A stretch of 64,000 bases of DNA from an uncultured Pseudomonadota bacterium. Its GTDB lineage: Bacteria > Pseudomonadota > Alphaproteobacteria > Rhizobiales > Xanthobacteraceae. Position numbers and translations under genes: made by a program. Positions 1 to 11,823 of the stretch are shown here, one piece after another. Position 1 is the first letter of the stretch, and every line of letters starts with the position of its first letter. Location: NCBI GenBank assembly GCA_963837965.1, contig CAWIPY010000004.1:175335-239334 (forward strand), given 5' to 3'. Below the pieces are notes generated by a model, which saw nothing but the letters and a program-made list of their open reading frames with translations, did no database searches and was not told the DNA's origin.

Positions 1-291
1 CGCGGAACAGACAACCTTGAGAAAGAAGGCACGGCCATTGGCGATGATTTGTACGCAATGTTTGATGGTGAGATTGTCACGCTCAATACGTACGAGCCGC
101 AGCCGCAGACTCTGCGTCTCACCAAAGAGACTTACGGAAATCTGACCGAATTTGTTGCCAATCAGCCGCCGAAACTCGCGAGGTCTTACGAGGTCGGCCC
201 ATTGCTGTGGGGCTTCCTGTGGGGCGTCACGGTCACGCTGTTGAGCGAGCTTGCCTTGACGCTCTATTACACGACGCCTCGAACTTGGTAG
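1..291 (+). CDS. Hypothetical protein, 5'-partial, with C-terminal hydrophobic segment
   Basis: Frame 1 is open from base 1 to TAG at 289-291; ends in LLWGFLWGVTVTLLSELALTLYY. Confidence 0.45.
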   Translation, partial: RGTDNLEKEGTAIGDDLYAMFDGEIVTLNTYEPQPQTLRLTKETYGNLTEFVANQPPKLARSYEVGPLLWGFLWGVTVTLLSELALTLYYTTPRTW

Positions 292-699
292 TGCGGCGCG
301 CTGTGTGCGCCGCCGCAACAGCAATTCCGCTTAAACCCTTCGTTAAGCAACGCAGCATCAATTCTTGGTCATTCGGGCGGCGCTTCAGTGCTGCGCCGCA
401 GAAATGCCCGAACCCGTCGATAAGCCCGCGCCCGGCGATGCCGGGCTTTGCGCGCGGGAGAGAGCCGATCCCGCCCCTCGATCGCGAATTTGTCTTTGCA
501 AAAATCGTGTTGCGCGAGCGCCTTAGCCGATATCGCTAATCCCGAAAATTGACGGGGACGCCTTCACGCGGGCGTAGCCCTAACGCAGGTTAACACATTC
601 CGCGTTCGAAAATTAACGCGGACCCAAATGCGCGCCTTTTAAGTTACGGAAATACATCGCGGATTGGCGGTGGAAGCCGCCCACACGACGTAAGGCGCC

Positions 700-2991
700 A
701 TGTTTGGGAAGCGGACATCCTTGCACAGGCACGACTGGCGGACCGTCGTTTTCGCCGGCACCGTCGGCTTCGCCCTCACGCTTGGGTTCATGCTTGGTAT
801 CGAGCGGTTCTCGGTATCGCTGACCGCGCTTTCGATCGCGCTCGCGGCGGTTGTCGGCGCGCTGATCGGCGTGTGCCTGACGGCAGCGCTCGCGTCGCGG
901 CGGGCGCGGCGTGCACTCAGCGAGCAGAACGATCGGCTCGGCCACGCCATCGACAACATGAAACAGGGTCTGTGCATGTTCGACGCGCAGAACCGCCTCA
1001 TGGTGTGGAACGAGCGCTACCGCGCCATGTACCAGATCGAGCCGCACCGCATCTGGCGCGGCTGCCGCATACGCGACATGATCGACGCCCGCATCGCCGC
1101 CGGCACGTTTCCGCTCGATCCGGAGCGTTACGAGGCCGACTTGCACGCCGCGCTCAGCGAGGGCAAGGCCGTCACCCTCGAGGTCGACCTCGCCGACGGC
1201 CGCAGCATTGCCGTCGTCAATCAACCTATAAAGGGCGGCGGCTGGGTGGCGACCCACGAGGACGTCACCGAAGGCAAGCGGGCCGAACGCGCGCTCGAAC
1301 ATACCCGCGCATTTCTCGACACGGTTATCGAGAACGTGCCCTCGCCGATCCTGGTGAAGGACGCGCAGGATTTTCGCTATCTGCTGATCAATCGCGCCGC
1401 CGAAGACTACATCGGCATCAGCCGGGACAAGGTGCTTGGCAAGCGCGCGATCGAAATCATGCCGCCGGCCACCGCCGAGCACATCGAAGCTGAAGACCGC
1501 AGGCTCATCGAGCAGGGCAAGATCCTGTTCGTCGACGAGCACGTCATCACCACGCCAGGCAACGGCACCCGCATCGTCACCACCACCCACCTGCCGGTGA
1601 ACGGCGCGGACGGCAAGCCGCGATATCTCATCAGCATGATCCGCGATCTGACCGAAACCAAGCGCCACGAGCAGCGCATCGCGCACTTGGCGCACCACGA
1701 TCCGCTCACCGATCTGCCCAACCGCGGCGCGTTTTACGAATGCATTAGCGCCACGGCCGAGCTGGCCAAGCTGTCTTCGGCCTCCTTTGCCGTGCTCTGC
1801 CTCGATCTCGACCGCTTCAAGACGATCAACGACGTCTACGGCCATTCCGCCGGTGATGACGTGCTGCGCGAGATCGCCTATCGCCTCGAGGCCGCCTGCG
1901 AAGGCGCCTTTCTTGCCCGCATCGGCGGCGACGAGTTCGCCGTCATCACGCCAACCGGTGCGCAGCCGGAGGGCGCCGCCGCGCTGGCCCACCGGATCAA
2001 CGCCGCGCTGGCCAGCGATATCGACGTCGGCGGCATGCCGACGCGCGCGGCGGTGACCGCCGGCATCGCCGTCTTCCCGCAGGACGGAGAAGACGCCGTC
2101 ACCCTGGTCGCCAATGCCGAGGCCGCCCTGTTCCGTGCCAAGTCGGAGGCGCGCGGCTCGGTGCGCTTCTTCGAAATGTCGATGGACAAGCAGTTGCGCG
2201 AGCGCCGCGCCCTGCAGCAGGACCTGCGCCTCGCCATGGCGCGCAACGAGATCGAGCTGTACTACCAGCCGCAGGCGCTGATCGACGGCGAGGTCACCGG
2301 CTTCGAGGCGCTCGTGCGTTGGCACCACCCGCGCTTCGGCATGGTGCCGCCGTCCACCTTCATCCCGCTCGCCGAGGAAAGCGGCCTCATCGTCGAGCTC
2401 AGCGAATGGATCCTGCGCACGGCCTGCGCGGAGGCCGCCACCTGGCCGCGCCGGCTGCGTATCGCCGTCAACCTGTCGCCGGTGCAGTTCCAGCGCGGCG
2501 ACCTCGCCAAGCTGGTGCATGAGGTGCTGCTGCAGACCGGCCTTTCCGCCAAACGACTGGAACTGGAGATCACCGAGGGCGTGCTGATCGGCGACTTCTC
2601 CGGCGCGGTGTCGATCCTGCGCCGGCTGAAGAACCTCGGCGTGCGCATCGCCATGGACGATTTCGGTACCGGCTATTCCTCGCTGTCCTATCTGCAGTCC
2701 TTCCCCTTCGACAAGATCAAGATCGACCGCGCCTTCATCGCCAATCTCGCCCACAGCCAGCAGGCGGTCACCATCATCCGCGCGGTGATCGCGCTCGGCC
2801 GCGGCCTCGACCTGCCGGTGCTGGCGGAAGGCGTGGAGACGGAACAGCAGCTCGAGTTCCTCGCCGCCGAGCACTGCAACGAAGTGCAGGGCTACTATAT
2901 CGGCCGGCCGGGACCGATCGCCGACTATGCTGCCGAGGTCGGCCGCGCCCCGGGTCCGCGCCACCGCAAGGCGCTGGCCGTGGCGGGGTGA
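700..2991 (+). CDS. Membrane-anchored PAS-PAS-GGDEF-EAL diguanylate cyclase/phosphodiesterase
   Basis: N-terminal TM segments; HDPLTDLPNR, RIGGDEF, FEALVRW and DDFGTGYSS motifs. Confidence 0.95.
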   Translation: MFGKRTSLHRHDWRTVVFAGTVGFALTLGFMLGIERFSVSLTALSIALAAVVGALIGVCLTAALASRRARRALSEQNDRLGHAIDNMKQGLCMFDAQNRLMVWNERYRAMYQIEPHRIWRGCRIRDMIDARIAAGTFPLDPERYEADLHAALSEGKAVTLEVDLADGRSIAVVNQPIKGGGWVATHEDVTEGKRAERALEHTRAFLDTVIENVPSPILVKDAQDFRYLLINRAAEDYIGISRDKVLGKRAIEIMPPATAEHIEAEDRRLIEQGKILFVDEHVITTPGNGTRIVTTTHLPVNGADGKPRYLISMIRDLTETKRHEQRIAHLAHHDPLTDLPNRGAFYECISATAELAKLSSASFAVLCLDLDRFKTINDVYGHSAGDDVLREIAYRLEAACEGAFLARIGGDEFAVITPTGAQPEGAAALAHRINAALASDIDVGGMPTRAAVTAGIAVFPQDGEDAVTLVANAEAALFRAKSEARGSVRFFEMSMDKQLRERRALQQDLRLAMARNEIELYYQPQALIDGEVTGFEALVRWHHPRFGMVPPSTFIPLAEESGLIVELSEWILRTACAEAATWPRRLRIAVNLSPVQFQRGDLAKLVHEVLLQTGLSAKRLELEITEGVLIGDFSGAVSILRRLKNLGVRIAMDDFGTGYSSLSYLQSFPFDKIKIDRAFIANLAHSQQAVTIIRAVIALGRGLDLPVLAEGVETEQQLEFLAAEHCNEVQGYYIGRPGPIADYAAEVGRAPGPRHRKALAVAG

Positions 2992-3119
2992 GGCCGGCAA
3001 CCTTCGGGACCGCCCGCGTTTGTCAATTCCTCCCCGTGCGCCTGCCGGCGAGCGACCCGTTGCGCCGCCGCAGAGATTCACTAGGCTGCTTGGAATGGCG
3101 GGCCCGGGGGGAAAGGCAG

Positions 3120-3728
3120 ATGAAAGCGCCAATCGACTTCTGGTTCTCGATCGGCAGCACTTACACCTATCTGACGGTCATGCGTCTCGACGAGGTAGCG
3201 CGGCGCGAGGGCATCGCGTTCCGATGGCGGCCGTTCGACGTGCGCGCGATCATGGTCGCCATGGACAACATCCCCTTTTCAAAAAAGCCGATCAAGGCAC
3301 AATACATGTGGCGCGATATCGAGCGGCGCGCGGCGATGTACGGTGTTCCCTGGTCGGGCATTCCGCATTATCCCCTGCAGCACCTGCCTTTCGCCAACCG
3401 GGTCGCGCTCGCCGGCATGCGCGAGGGCTGGGGCGCCGACTACGTGCGCGCCGCCTATCGTCGCTGGTTCGGCAGCGGGGAGGATGTCAGCGTCGAGCCC
3501 AGTCTTTCGGAAGTCCTGCGCGAGATCGGCCAGGACCCGGAGCGCGTCTTGGCGCTCGCTGCTTCCGACCAATCAACGTCCGCCCTGCGCGCTGAAACCG
3601 ATGCCGCGGCCGCACTCGGAATCTTCGGCTCGCCGACTTTCGCCGTCGGCAAGGAACTGTTCTGGGGTGACGATCGGCTCGACGACGCCATCGCCTGGCA
3701 GCGCGAGGGCCGGCTGCAACGGGCGTGA
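3120..3728 (+). CDS. DsbA-family 2-hydroxychromene-2-carboxylate isomerase / GST-kappa-like protein
   Basis: IDFWFSIGSTYTYL start and GIFGSPTF...FWGDDRL end; ATG at 3120 after an AG-rich RBS. Confidence 0.85.
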   Translation: MKAPIDFWFSIGSTYTYLTVMRLDEVARREGIAFRWRPFDVRAIMVAMDNIPFSKKPIKAQYMWRDIERRAAMYGVPWSGIPHYPLQHLPFANRVALAGMREGWGADYVRAAYRRWFGSGEDVSVEPSLSEVLREIGQDPERVLALAASDQSTSALRAETDAAAALGIFGSPTFAVGKELFWGDDRLDDAIAWQREGRLQRA

Positions 3729-3744
3729 GGCGGTGGGAAATTAA

Positions 3745-3819
<75 letters not shown>

Positions 3820-3954
3820 ATGAAAACCGCGCCGACGCCATATAGGGCGGCGCGAACGCGGCGGAAACTGCCATAGGGGCCCAAGCGGCGCAAGACAAAG
3901 CGGCGGCGCGCCAAACGCCTTGTGCGAGCGCCGCCGGCGCCCGATAGAGAAGCC

Positions 3955-4173
3955 ATGGCGCACGAAAACGACCCGAAATCCGGCAAACCGGGCCAAACCG
4001 GCGGCAGCGGCGGCGGCGGCGGCGGCAGCGGCGCCCGGCAGAAACGCCTGGCCGCGGCGCTGCGCGAGAACCTGCGCCGCCGCAAGGCACAGACGCGCGG
4101 GCGGGAGCAGGAAGCGCCGTCCGAGCCAAACCCAGCTCAACCCTGCGGAAGCGCGAATCCGGACAGCGACTAG
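3955..4173 (+). CDS. Small basic hypothetical protein upstream of murA
   Basis: RLAAALRENLRRRKAQ resembles a small protein recurring upstream of murA in alphaproteobacteria; Gly run from GGC repeats. Confidence 0.6.
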   Translation: MAHENDPKSGKPGQTGGSGGGGGGSGARQKRLAAALRENLRRRKAQTRGREQEAPSEPNPAQPCGSANPDSD

Positions 4174-4392
4174 GGCGGAGATTGCCGCCCCTCGGCCTCG
4201 TGAGCTTGGGCGGGGATGAGCGGCCGATCTGTTGGTTGCCGCCCCATATCGGCGCAGCGCAGGGCCGAGTTCCGCCGCAATTGCCGCTTTTCGCTCTGCT
4301 AACCCTGGCAAATTTTAGGCTTTGCCCGCCGCCCCGGGCGGTCCATAAACGCAGGTCCGAGACCTACAGGATGCCGCGCGGGCGGGGGCTTC

Positions 4393-5682
<1,290 letters not shown>

Positions 5683-5688
5683 ACCTCT

Positions 5689-5799
5689 CTCCGCTCGTCC
5701 CCGCGCAAGCGTCGCGCAAGCGGGGACCCAGCTCGTTGGCCACCAATTACACCCTTGCCATTTACCCCTGGATGCCCGTTTGCGCGGGCATGAGCGGAG
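5689..5799. repeat. REP-like intergenic palindromic element
   Basis: CTCCGCTCGTCCC...GGGCATGAGCGGAG terminal inverted arms with internal hairpins. Confidence 0.7.
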
Positions 5800-5874
5800 G
5801 TCTGGCGCGTGCCGTGCCCAAAAAAGCCAATATGGCGACCCAGGCTCATGGCAGCCTACGATAGAGGCGCGCCC

Positions 5875-6783
5875 ATGCTCGACCGCCGCCAACTGCTCGC
5901 TTCGCTCGGCGCCGCCGGCGCCGCCAGCATGCTGCCCCGCCTGGCGCAGGCCGAGAGCAACACATTTCTCACCCGCGCCATCCCATCCTCCGGCGAACAG
6001 CTTCCGCGCGTGGGCCTGGGAAGCTGGCGCACCTTCAATGTCGGCGACGATCCCGAAGCGAAGGACGCTTGTGCCGCGGTGATGCGCGCATTCTTCGCCG
6101 GCGGAGGACGCATGGTCGATTCCTCGCCGATGTACGGCTCCTCGCAGGACACCGTCGGCCACGGCCTGAAGAAACTCGACGCCTACAAACAGGTCTTTTC
6201 CGCCGACAAGGTGTGGACCACCTCGGGCGGCGCCGCCCAGCTCGAAGAGTCCCGCAAGAAATGGGGCATCGCCCGTTTCGATTTGCTGCAGGTGCATAAC
6301 CTCTTGTCCTGGCAGGAGCACCTGCCCATGCTGATGGACATGAAGGCGCAGAAGCGCCTGCGCTATATCGGCATCACCACCTCGGAAGGCCGGCGTCATG
6401 ACGAGTTCGAGCAGGTCATGCGCGCGCACCCGATCGATTTCATCCAGGTCACCTACAACGCGCTCGACCGCGAGGTCGACCAGCGCATTCTGCCGCTGGC
6501 GCACGAACGCGGCATCGCGGTGATTATCAACCGCCCGTTCCGATCCGGGCCGCTGATACGCAGTGCCAAGCGGCACAAGCTGCCGGACTGGGCAGGCGAA
6601 ATCGACTGCGCCAACTGGGCGCAGGTGCTGCTCAAGTTCATCGTCTCGCACCCGGCGGTCACCTGCGCCATTCCGGCCACCACGCGGGTTGATCACGTGC
6701 GCCAGAATATCGGCGCGAGTTACGGCCGCCTGCCGGATGAACCCATGCGCAAGCGCATCGCCGCGGCGGCCGAGCGCTTCTGA
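5875..6783 (+). CDS. Aldo/keto reductase with twin-arginine-like N-terminus
   Basis: MLDRRQLL leader; GLGSW, DSSPMYG, DLLQVHNL and AIPAT motifs; start uncertain (5848 or 5875). Confidence 0.88.
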   Translation: MLDRRQLLASLGAAGAASMLPRLAQAESNTFLTRAIPSSGEQLPRVGLGSWRTFNVGDDPEAKDACAAVMRAFFAGGGRMVDSSPMYGSSQDTVGHGLKKLDAYKQVFSADKVWTTSGGAAQLEESRKKWGIARFDLLQVHNLLSWQEHLPMLMDMKAQKRLRYIGITTSEGRRHDEFEQVMRAHPIDFIQVTYNALDREVDQRILPLAHERGIAVIINRPFRSGPLIRSAKRHKLPDWAGEIDCANWAQVLLKFIVSHPAVTCAIPATTRVDHVRQNIGASYGRLPDEPMRKRIAAAAERF

Positions 6784-7481
6784 TGTCGGTGTGGCTCACC
6801 TATACGTTTTCCGATTTCCTGCTGTTCACGCCGCGCACCTATTACCGCCTCTTCGAATTGTACAATCGTGCCGTCTGGCCGCTGCATCTTGTGGCCTTCG
6901 CGCTCGGGCTCGCGCTGCTCGTGCTGCTGTTTCGCGGCGGCGCTTCCGGGGGTGCCTGGCGCGGCCGCGTCATCGCGGGGATCCTCGCTGCATGCTGGCT
7001 ATGGGTGGCGTGGGGCTATCTCTATCAGCGCTACGACACCATCAATTGGGCGGCGCGCTATTTCGCCATCGCCTTTGCCATCGAGGCGGTCTTGCTGATC
7101 GTCTTAGGCGTCGTCCTCGATCGCTTCGCGCCGGGCGCTTCGCCGCTTCATCGTGTGGGGGGCGCCTTGGTCGCCTTCGCGCTGTTTGCGCAGCCGCTGC
7201 TGGCGCCATTGCTCGGCCGCGACTGGATGCAGATGGAGTTCTTCGCGCTGATGCCCGATCCCACCGTCACCGCCACCCTTGGCGCACTCATCGCCATGCG
7301 CCGCGCGCACTTGCCGTTGCTCGTCATTCCACTCCTCTGGTGCGCGCTCACCGGCGCCACCCTGTGGGCCATGCAGGCGCCGGACGCGCTTCTGATGCCA
7401 GCGACCGGCTTGCTGGCCGCTGGCTGTGCGGCCTGGAAGGCATTGAGGCACGGTGTGGCCAGGCCTCTAGCCGCGCCGTAG
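6783..7481 (+). CDS. Multi-pass membrane protein (DUF6064-like)
   Basis: TYTFSDFLLFTPRTYYRLFELYN start, about 7 hydrophobic segments, PDPT motif; overlaps the AKR stop (TGATG). Confidence 0.75.
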   Translation: MSVWLTYTFSDFLLFTPRTYYRLFELYNRAVWPLHLVAFALGLALLVLLFRGGASGGAWRGRVIAGILAACWLWVAWGYLYQRYDTINWAARYFAIAFAIEAVLLIVLGVVLDRFAPGASPLHRVGGALVAFALFAQPLLAPLLGRDWMQMEFFALMPDPTVTATLGALIAMRRAHLPLLVIPLLWCALTGATLWAMQAPDALLMPATGLLAAGCAAWKALRHGVARPLAAP

Positions 7482-7607
7482 CTGCGAGCGGCGAGGCGGC
7501 AGCGATCATGGCGGCCGGTGCGGCCCGGAGCCCGCCTTTCCCTTGCCGACGCTCTTGCGCGGCGAAGTGGCGTTCCCTAGCTAATTCGTACCAGGGGAGC
7601 GAAGCCC

Positions 7608-8096
7608 ATGTCTGCCGAACCGGTCAAATTCATCGTCCTTGATGAGGAGGACCTGGAGGTCGTCTCCGCCCACGTACAGGATGCGGTCGTTAAATGCGCC
7701 GATGTGCTGTGGCGCCCGCAGGAAAAACGGGTGGTGGTCGCGCTCAACCGTTTCGACTGGGAAGGCGCCCAGAACGGCGATCCCGAATACCGCCGCCGGC
7801 GCGCCGCGCTGCGCTTCGAGCGCGTGCTGTCCTGCAAATGCCGCGACATCGAGCCGGGCGGCAAGGACGTGCTGCTCAACCTGCTGGCGGTCGAATTCGC
7901 CGAAACCGATGCCCCCTCCGGCGTGGTTACCCTGATCTTCTCCGGCGGCAAGGCATTGCGGCTGGACGTCGAGTGCCTGGAAGCCGAACTCGCCGATCTC
8001 GGCCCCACCTGGAGCGCTGCCGCCTGCCCGAACCATCCCGTGATCGAGGCCGACGCGGTTGCCGGAGCCGAGCCGGCAAAGTCACAAGCGTCATAA
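7608..8096 (+). CDS. DUF2948 family protein
   Basis: DEEDLEVVSAHVQDAVV, NRFDWE and LDVECLEAELADLG; usual position upstream of hisD. Confidence 0.85.
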   Translation: MSAEPVKFIVLDEEDLEVVSAHVQDAVVKCADVLWRPQEKRVVVALNRFDWEGAQNGDPEYRRRRAALRFERVLSCKCRDIEPGGKDVLLNLLAVEFAETDAPSGVVTLIFSGGKALRLDVECLEAELADLGPTWSAAACPNHPVIEADAVAGAEPAKSQAS

Positions 8097-8245
8097 GTCT
8101 CGCCGCCCCCTACCGGCTGCGACAAATACCCGTTCAGAACTCAGGCCGCGTCCGCCGCGCCGAAGTTCCGTTGCTTGAACCGCCCCCGTTTAACTGGCGT
8201 AGTCGCGGTCTCGCTCATGGGAGCGATTCGAGGGGGGTAATTCGA

Positions 8246-8578
8246 ATGCGCAATCTCGTGAGATCAGCGGGGCTGCTCGCGTCGGCCGGGTTGCTGCTGG
8301 GCGCCGCGCTCGTTCCCGGCGCGCCGGCTGAGGCCGCCCTCGGCTGCCAATGCGTCAAGTTCGGCGTGCCGTCGGCCTGCATGCCGACCGTTAGCGCCTG
8401 CAATCACCAGATGCACGGTATCTGCCTCGCGCCGTGCAGCTATCCGGCGCGGCCCGCGGCCGGGCACCGCGTCGTCTACAAGAAGCATCACGTCGTCAGG
8501 AAACGCCATGTCGTCAGGAAACGCCATGTCGCCAAGAAGATGGCACCCAGGAAGAAGGCGACGAAGAAGAAGATGTGA
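8246..8578 (+). CDS. Small secreted six-Cys protein with Lys/Arg-rich tail
   Basis: Signal-peptide-like N-terminus ending AEA, six-Cys core, HVVRKR repeats; RBS upstream and terminator downstream. Confidence 0.7.
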   Translation: MRNLVRSAGLLASAGLLLGAALVPGAPAEAALGCQCVKFGVPSACMPTVSACNHQMHGICLAPCSYPARPAAGHRVVYKKHHVVRKRHVVRKRHVAKKMAPRKKATKKKM

Positions 8579-8614
8579 GGAGCGAAGTTTTCCGCCGAAG
8601 AGGCTCCGCCCAGG

Positions 8615-8647
8615 AGGCTCCGCCCGTGCGGCGGAGCCTTTGTTTTT
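8615..8647 (+). terminator. Rho-independent terminator
   Basis: AGGCTCCGCC-CGTGC-GGCGGAGCCT followed by TTGTTTTT. Confidence 0.8.
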
Positions 8648-8730
8648 CGGGACGCCGCGACAGGGTTGACGCGAGAAGGCGCATCACCCATTGACCTGTC
8701 GAGCCGGGCGCGCCCGGACGGAAAGAGACG

Positions 8731-10023
8731 ATGCCGCTACGCCTGGACAGCCAAAGCGCCGATTTTGCCGACCGTTTCCGCGCCTTCCTCGGCGTCAAGC
8801 GCGAGGCCGCGCAGGACGTGGAACAGACCGTGCGCGGCATCCTCACGGACGTGCAGGCGCGCGGCGACAAGGCGCTGATCGAACTCACCGCCAAATTCGA
8901 CCGCCTCGATCTCGGCAAAGTGGGGATGCGGGTCAGCGAGGCCGATCTTGCGGCGGCGGAACAGGCTTGCGACGCCAAGGCGCTCGACGCGCTCAAGCTG
9001 GCGCGCGACCGCATCGAGGCCTACCACGCCCGCCAGAAGCCGGCCGACGCGCGCTTCACCGACGCGCTCGGAGTCGAGATGGGCGCCAAATGGACCGCCA
9101 TCGAGGCGGTGGGACTCTACGTTCCGGGCGGCACGGCGGCCTATCCTTCCTCGGTGCTGATGAACGCCGTGCCGGCCAAGGTGGCCGGCTGCCCCCGCGT
9201 GGTCATGGTGGTGCCGGCGCCCGACGGCAAGCTGGCGCCTCTGGTGCTGGCCGCTGCCAAGCTCGCCGGCGTCGACGAGGTCTATCGCGTCGGCGGCGCC
9301 CAGGCGGTGGCGGCGCTCGCCTACGGCACCGAGACGATTCAGCCCGTCGCCAAGATCGTCGGCCCCGGTAACGCCTATGTCGCCGCCGCCAAGCGCCTGG
9401 TCTTCGGCAAGGTCGGCATCGACATGATCGCCGGCCCCTCCGAAGTGCTGATCCTCGCCGACCAAACCGGCAATGCCGACTGGATCGCCGCCGATCTCCT
9501 GGCGCAGGCCGAGCATGACGCAAGCGCGCAATCGATCCTGATCACCGACGACCGGGCGCTTGCCGATCACGTCGCCACGGCGGTGGAATCGCAGTTGAAA
9601 GCGCTGGTGCGCGCCAAGGTGGCCGCCGCCTCGTGGCAGGACTTCGGCGCCATCATTCTCGTCGATAAGCTCGAGGACGCGATCCCGTTGGTCGACCGGC
9701 TGGCGCCGGAGCACCTCGAGATAGCGTCCGCCGATGCCGAAAAGCTCGCCGGTAAAATCCGCAATGCCGGCGCCATCTTCATCGGTGCGCACACGCCGGA
9801 AGCGATCGGCGACTACGTCGCCGGCTCCAACCACGTGCTGCCGACCGCGCGCTCGGCGCGCTTCTCCTCCGGCTTGGGCGTGCTCGACTTCATGAAGCGC
9901 ACTTCGCTGTTGAAATGCGGACCGGAGCAGTTGCGCGCGCTCGGGCCTGCGGCCATCGCGCTCGGCGAGGCGGAAGGGCTGACCGCTCATGCGCGCTCGG
10001 TCGCCATCCGGCTCAACCAGTGA
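8731..10023 (+). CDS. hisD: Histidinol dehydrogenase
   Basis: [40 protein letters not shown] and [12 protein letters not shown] motifs. Confidence 0.98.
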   Translation: MPLRLDSQSADFADRFRAFLGVKREAAQDVEQTVRGILTDVQARGDKALIELTAKFDRLDLGKVGMRVSEADLAAAEQACDAKALDALKLARDRIEAYHARQKPADARFTDALGVEMGAKWTAIEAVGLYVPGGTAAYPSSVLMNAVPAKVAGCPRVVMVVPAPDGKLAPLVLAAAKLAGVDEVYRVGGAQAVAALAYGTETIQPVAKIVGPGNAYVAAAKRLVFGKVGIDMIAGPSEVLILADQTGNADWIAADLLAQAEHDASAQSILITDDRALADHVATAVESQLKALVRAKVAAASWQDFGAIILVDKLEDAIPLVDRLAPEHLEIASADAEKLAGKIRNAGAIFIGAHTPEAIGDYVAGSNHVLPTARSARFSSGLGVLDFMKRTSLLKCGPEQLRALGPAAIALGEAEGLTAHARSVAIRLNQ

Positions 10024-10529
10024 CGAGCGCGGGCAAGACACCGGCCAACACGCCCGCTGCGCGGCAGCGGCTGGTTTCAGTTACGCTCGACGAGGAGACC
10101 ATCGGCCGCTCCAACCCCGACGTCGAGCACGAGCGTCAGATCGCCATCTACGATCTGCTCGAACAGAATTCCTTCGCGCCGGTCGGCCATGAGGAGGCGG
10201 GGCCCTTCGCTCTTCATCTCAGCATCACCGGCAACCGGCTGGCCTTCGACATCCGCACCGAAGACGGCAAGCCCATCATCGCGCACCTGTTATCGCTGAC
10301 ACCGCTGCGTCGCATCGTGAAGGACTACTACACGGTCTGCGACAGCTATTACGAGGCGATCCGCACCGCCACGCCGGACAAGATCGAGGCGCTCGACATG
10401 GGGCGACGCGGTATTCACAACGAGGGCTCGCACGTCCTCATGGACCGGCTCAAGGGCAAGGTGAAGCTCGACAACGACACCGCGCGCCGCCTGTTCACCC
10501 TGATCTGCGTGCTGCACTGGAAGGGCTGA
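10020..10529 (+). CDS. UPF0262 family protein
   Basis: [32 protein letters not shown] and [13 protein letters not shown]; GTG overlaps the hisD stop. Confidence 0.9.
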   Translation: MTSAGKTPANTPAARQRLVSVTLDEETIGRSNPDVEHERQIAIYDLLEQNSFAPVGHEEAGPFALHLSITGNRLAFDIRTEDGKPIIAHLLSLTPLRRIVKDYYTVCDSYYEAIRTATPDKIEALDMGRRGIHNEGSHVLMDRLKGKVKLDNDTARRLFTLICVLHWKG

Positions 10530-10536
10530 GCCTGCC

Positions 10537-11010
10537 ATGGCCGCCGCGTCCGAGCGCCGCGCGCATCCTCAGGCGGTGCTGTTCGCCTGCGGGCAGAACG
10601 CGGTGCGGTCGCCCATGGCCGCCGGCATCTTCCAGCAGCTCTTCGGCAAGAACATCTATGTCGCCTCCGCCGGGGTGCAGAAGGGCGAGCCCGATCCCTT
10701 CGCGGTGGCGGCGATGGAGGAGATCGGCATCGACATTTCCCGACACAAGCCGGTTACCTTCGAGGACCTGGAAGACCTGGAGGGGCTCAATTTCGACCTG
10801 ATCGTCACGCTGTCGCCGCCGGCGCACCACAAGGCGCTGGAGCTGACGCGGACGCTGGCCGCCGACGTCGAATACTGGCCGACCGTCGATCCGACCGCCA
10901 CCGAGGGTAACCGCGAGCAGCGCCTGGAGGCCTATCGTGAAGTGCGGGACCAGCTCATGCAGCACATCCGCGAGCGCTTCGGTAAGCCGGGGACGGGCGG
11001 GAATGAATGA
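10537..11010 (+). CDS. Low-molecular-weight phosphatase / ArsC-like protein
   Basis: VLFACGQNAVRSPMA (Cx5R) motif; conserved position after UPF0262. Confidence 0.9.
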   Translation: MAAASERRAHPQAVLFACGQNAVRSPMAAGIFQQLFGKNIYVASAGVQKGEPDPFAVAAMEEIGIDISRHKPVTFEDLEDLEGLNFDLIVTLSPPAHHKALELTRTLAADVEYWPTVDPTATEGNREQRLEAYREVRDQLMQHIRERFGKPGTGGNE

Positions 11011-11181
11011 CGGTCATTCCGGCCCGCCCGCTTCGGCCCCCGGAGCGAAGGATAGGATGCACCCTTCGGGTTGTGAACGAGCGCCGTCCGCGTACGGCCA
11101 CTTAGATTCGGGTTGTGAAACCCCCGCCGTTCCGCTAGCTTCCGCGCCACTTTCAACGGCATCGCAGCATCCGCTAAATCC

Positions 11182-11805
11182 ATGATCGGCCGGCCAAAAT
11201 TCGTGCTCGCTTCCGGCTCGCCCCGCCGGCTCGCTCTGATCAACCAGGCCGGCATCGAGCCCGACGCGCTGAAACCGTCCGATATCGACGAAAGTCCGCA
11301 TCGCGGCGAAATCCCGCGCGCGCTGGCCAAGCGCCTGGCACAGGCCAAGGCCGCCGCGGCGTTGGAAAACGTGATGCTCGATGACGAGCTGCGCGGCGCC
11401 TTCATCCTCGCCGCCGACACTGTGGTGGCGGTCGGCCGCCGCATCCTGCCCAAGGCCGAATTGCTCGACGAGGCGGCGCAGTGTCTGCGTCTTCTGTCGG
11501 GCCGCAACCACCGGGTCTACACCGCCATCTGCCTGGTGACCCCGAAGGAAGCCTTCCGCCAGCGGCTGGTGGAAACACGGGTGCGCTTCAAGCGCCTCTC
11601 CGAGGAGGACATCGAGGCCTATCTCGCCTCCGGCGAATGGCGGGGCAAGGCCGGCGGCTATGCCGCGCAAGGCATCGCCGGCACCTTCATCGTCAAGCTC
11701 GTCGGCTCCTATAGCAACGTGGTCGGCCTGCCGCTCTACGAGACCATGAGCCTGCTGAGCGGCGAGGGCTACCCGATCCGCTTCGGCTGGCTCAACGCGG
11801 TTTGA
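11182..11805 (+). CDS. maf: Maf-family nucleoside triphosphate pyrophosphatase
   Basis: [20 protein letters not shown] and [10 protein letters not shown] motifs. Confidence 0.95.
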   Translation: MIGRPKFVLASGSPRRLALINQAGIEPDALKPSDIDESPHRGEIPRALAKRLAQAKAAAALENVMLDDELRGAFILAADTVVAVGRRILPKAELLDEAAQCLRLLSGRNHRVYTAICLVTPKEAFRQRLVETRVRFKRLSEEDIEAYLASGEWRGKAGGYAAQGIAGTFIVKLVGSYSNVVGLPLYETMSLLSGEGYPIRFGWLNAV

Positions 11806-11823
11806 TGCCGTGCGGAGGCCCGC

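Noticed and set aside
331-600. Possible CtrA boxes upstream of the GGDEF-EAL gene (TTAA at 331/343; CTAA...TTAAC near 581-595)
   Set aside because: Spacers are 8 and 6 bp rather than the TTAA-N7-TTAA consensus
613-3132. Long antisense or alternate-frame ORFs (also 8737-10041, 35294-38026, 38745-40262, 47736-49598 and others)
   Set aside because: They shadow well-supported genes, carry no recognisable motifs, and are expected in high-GC DNA
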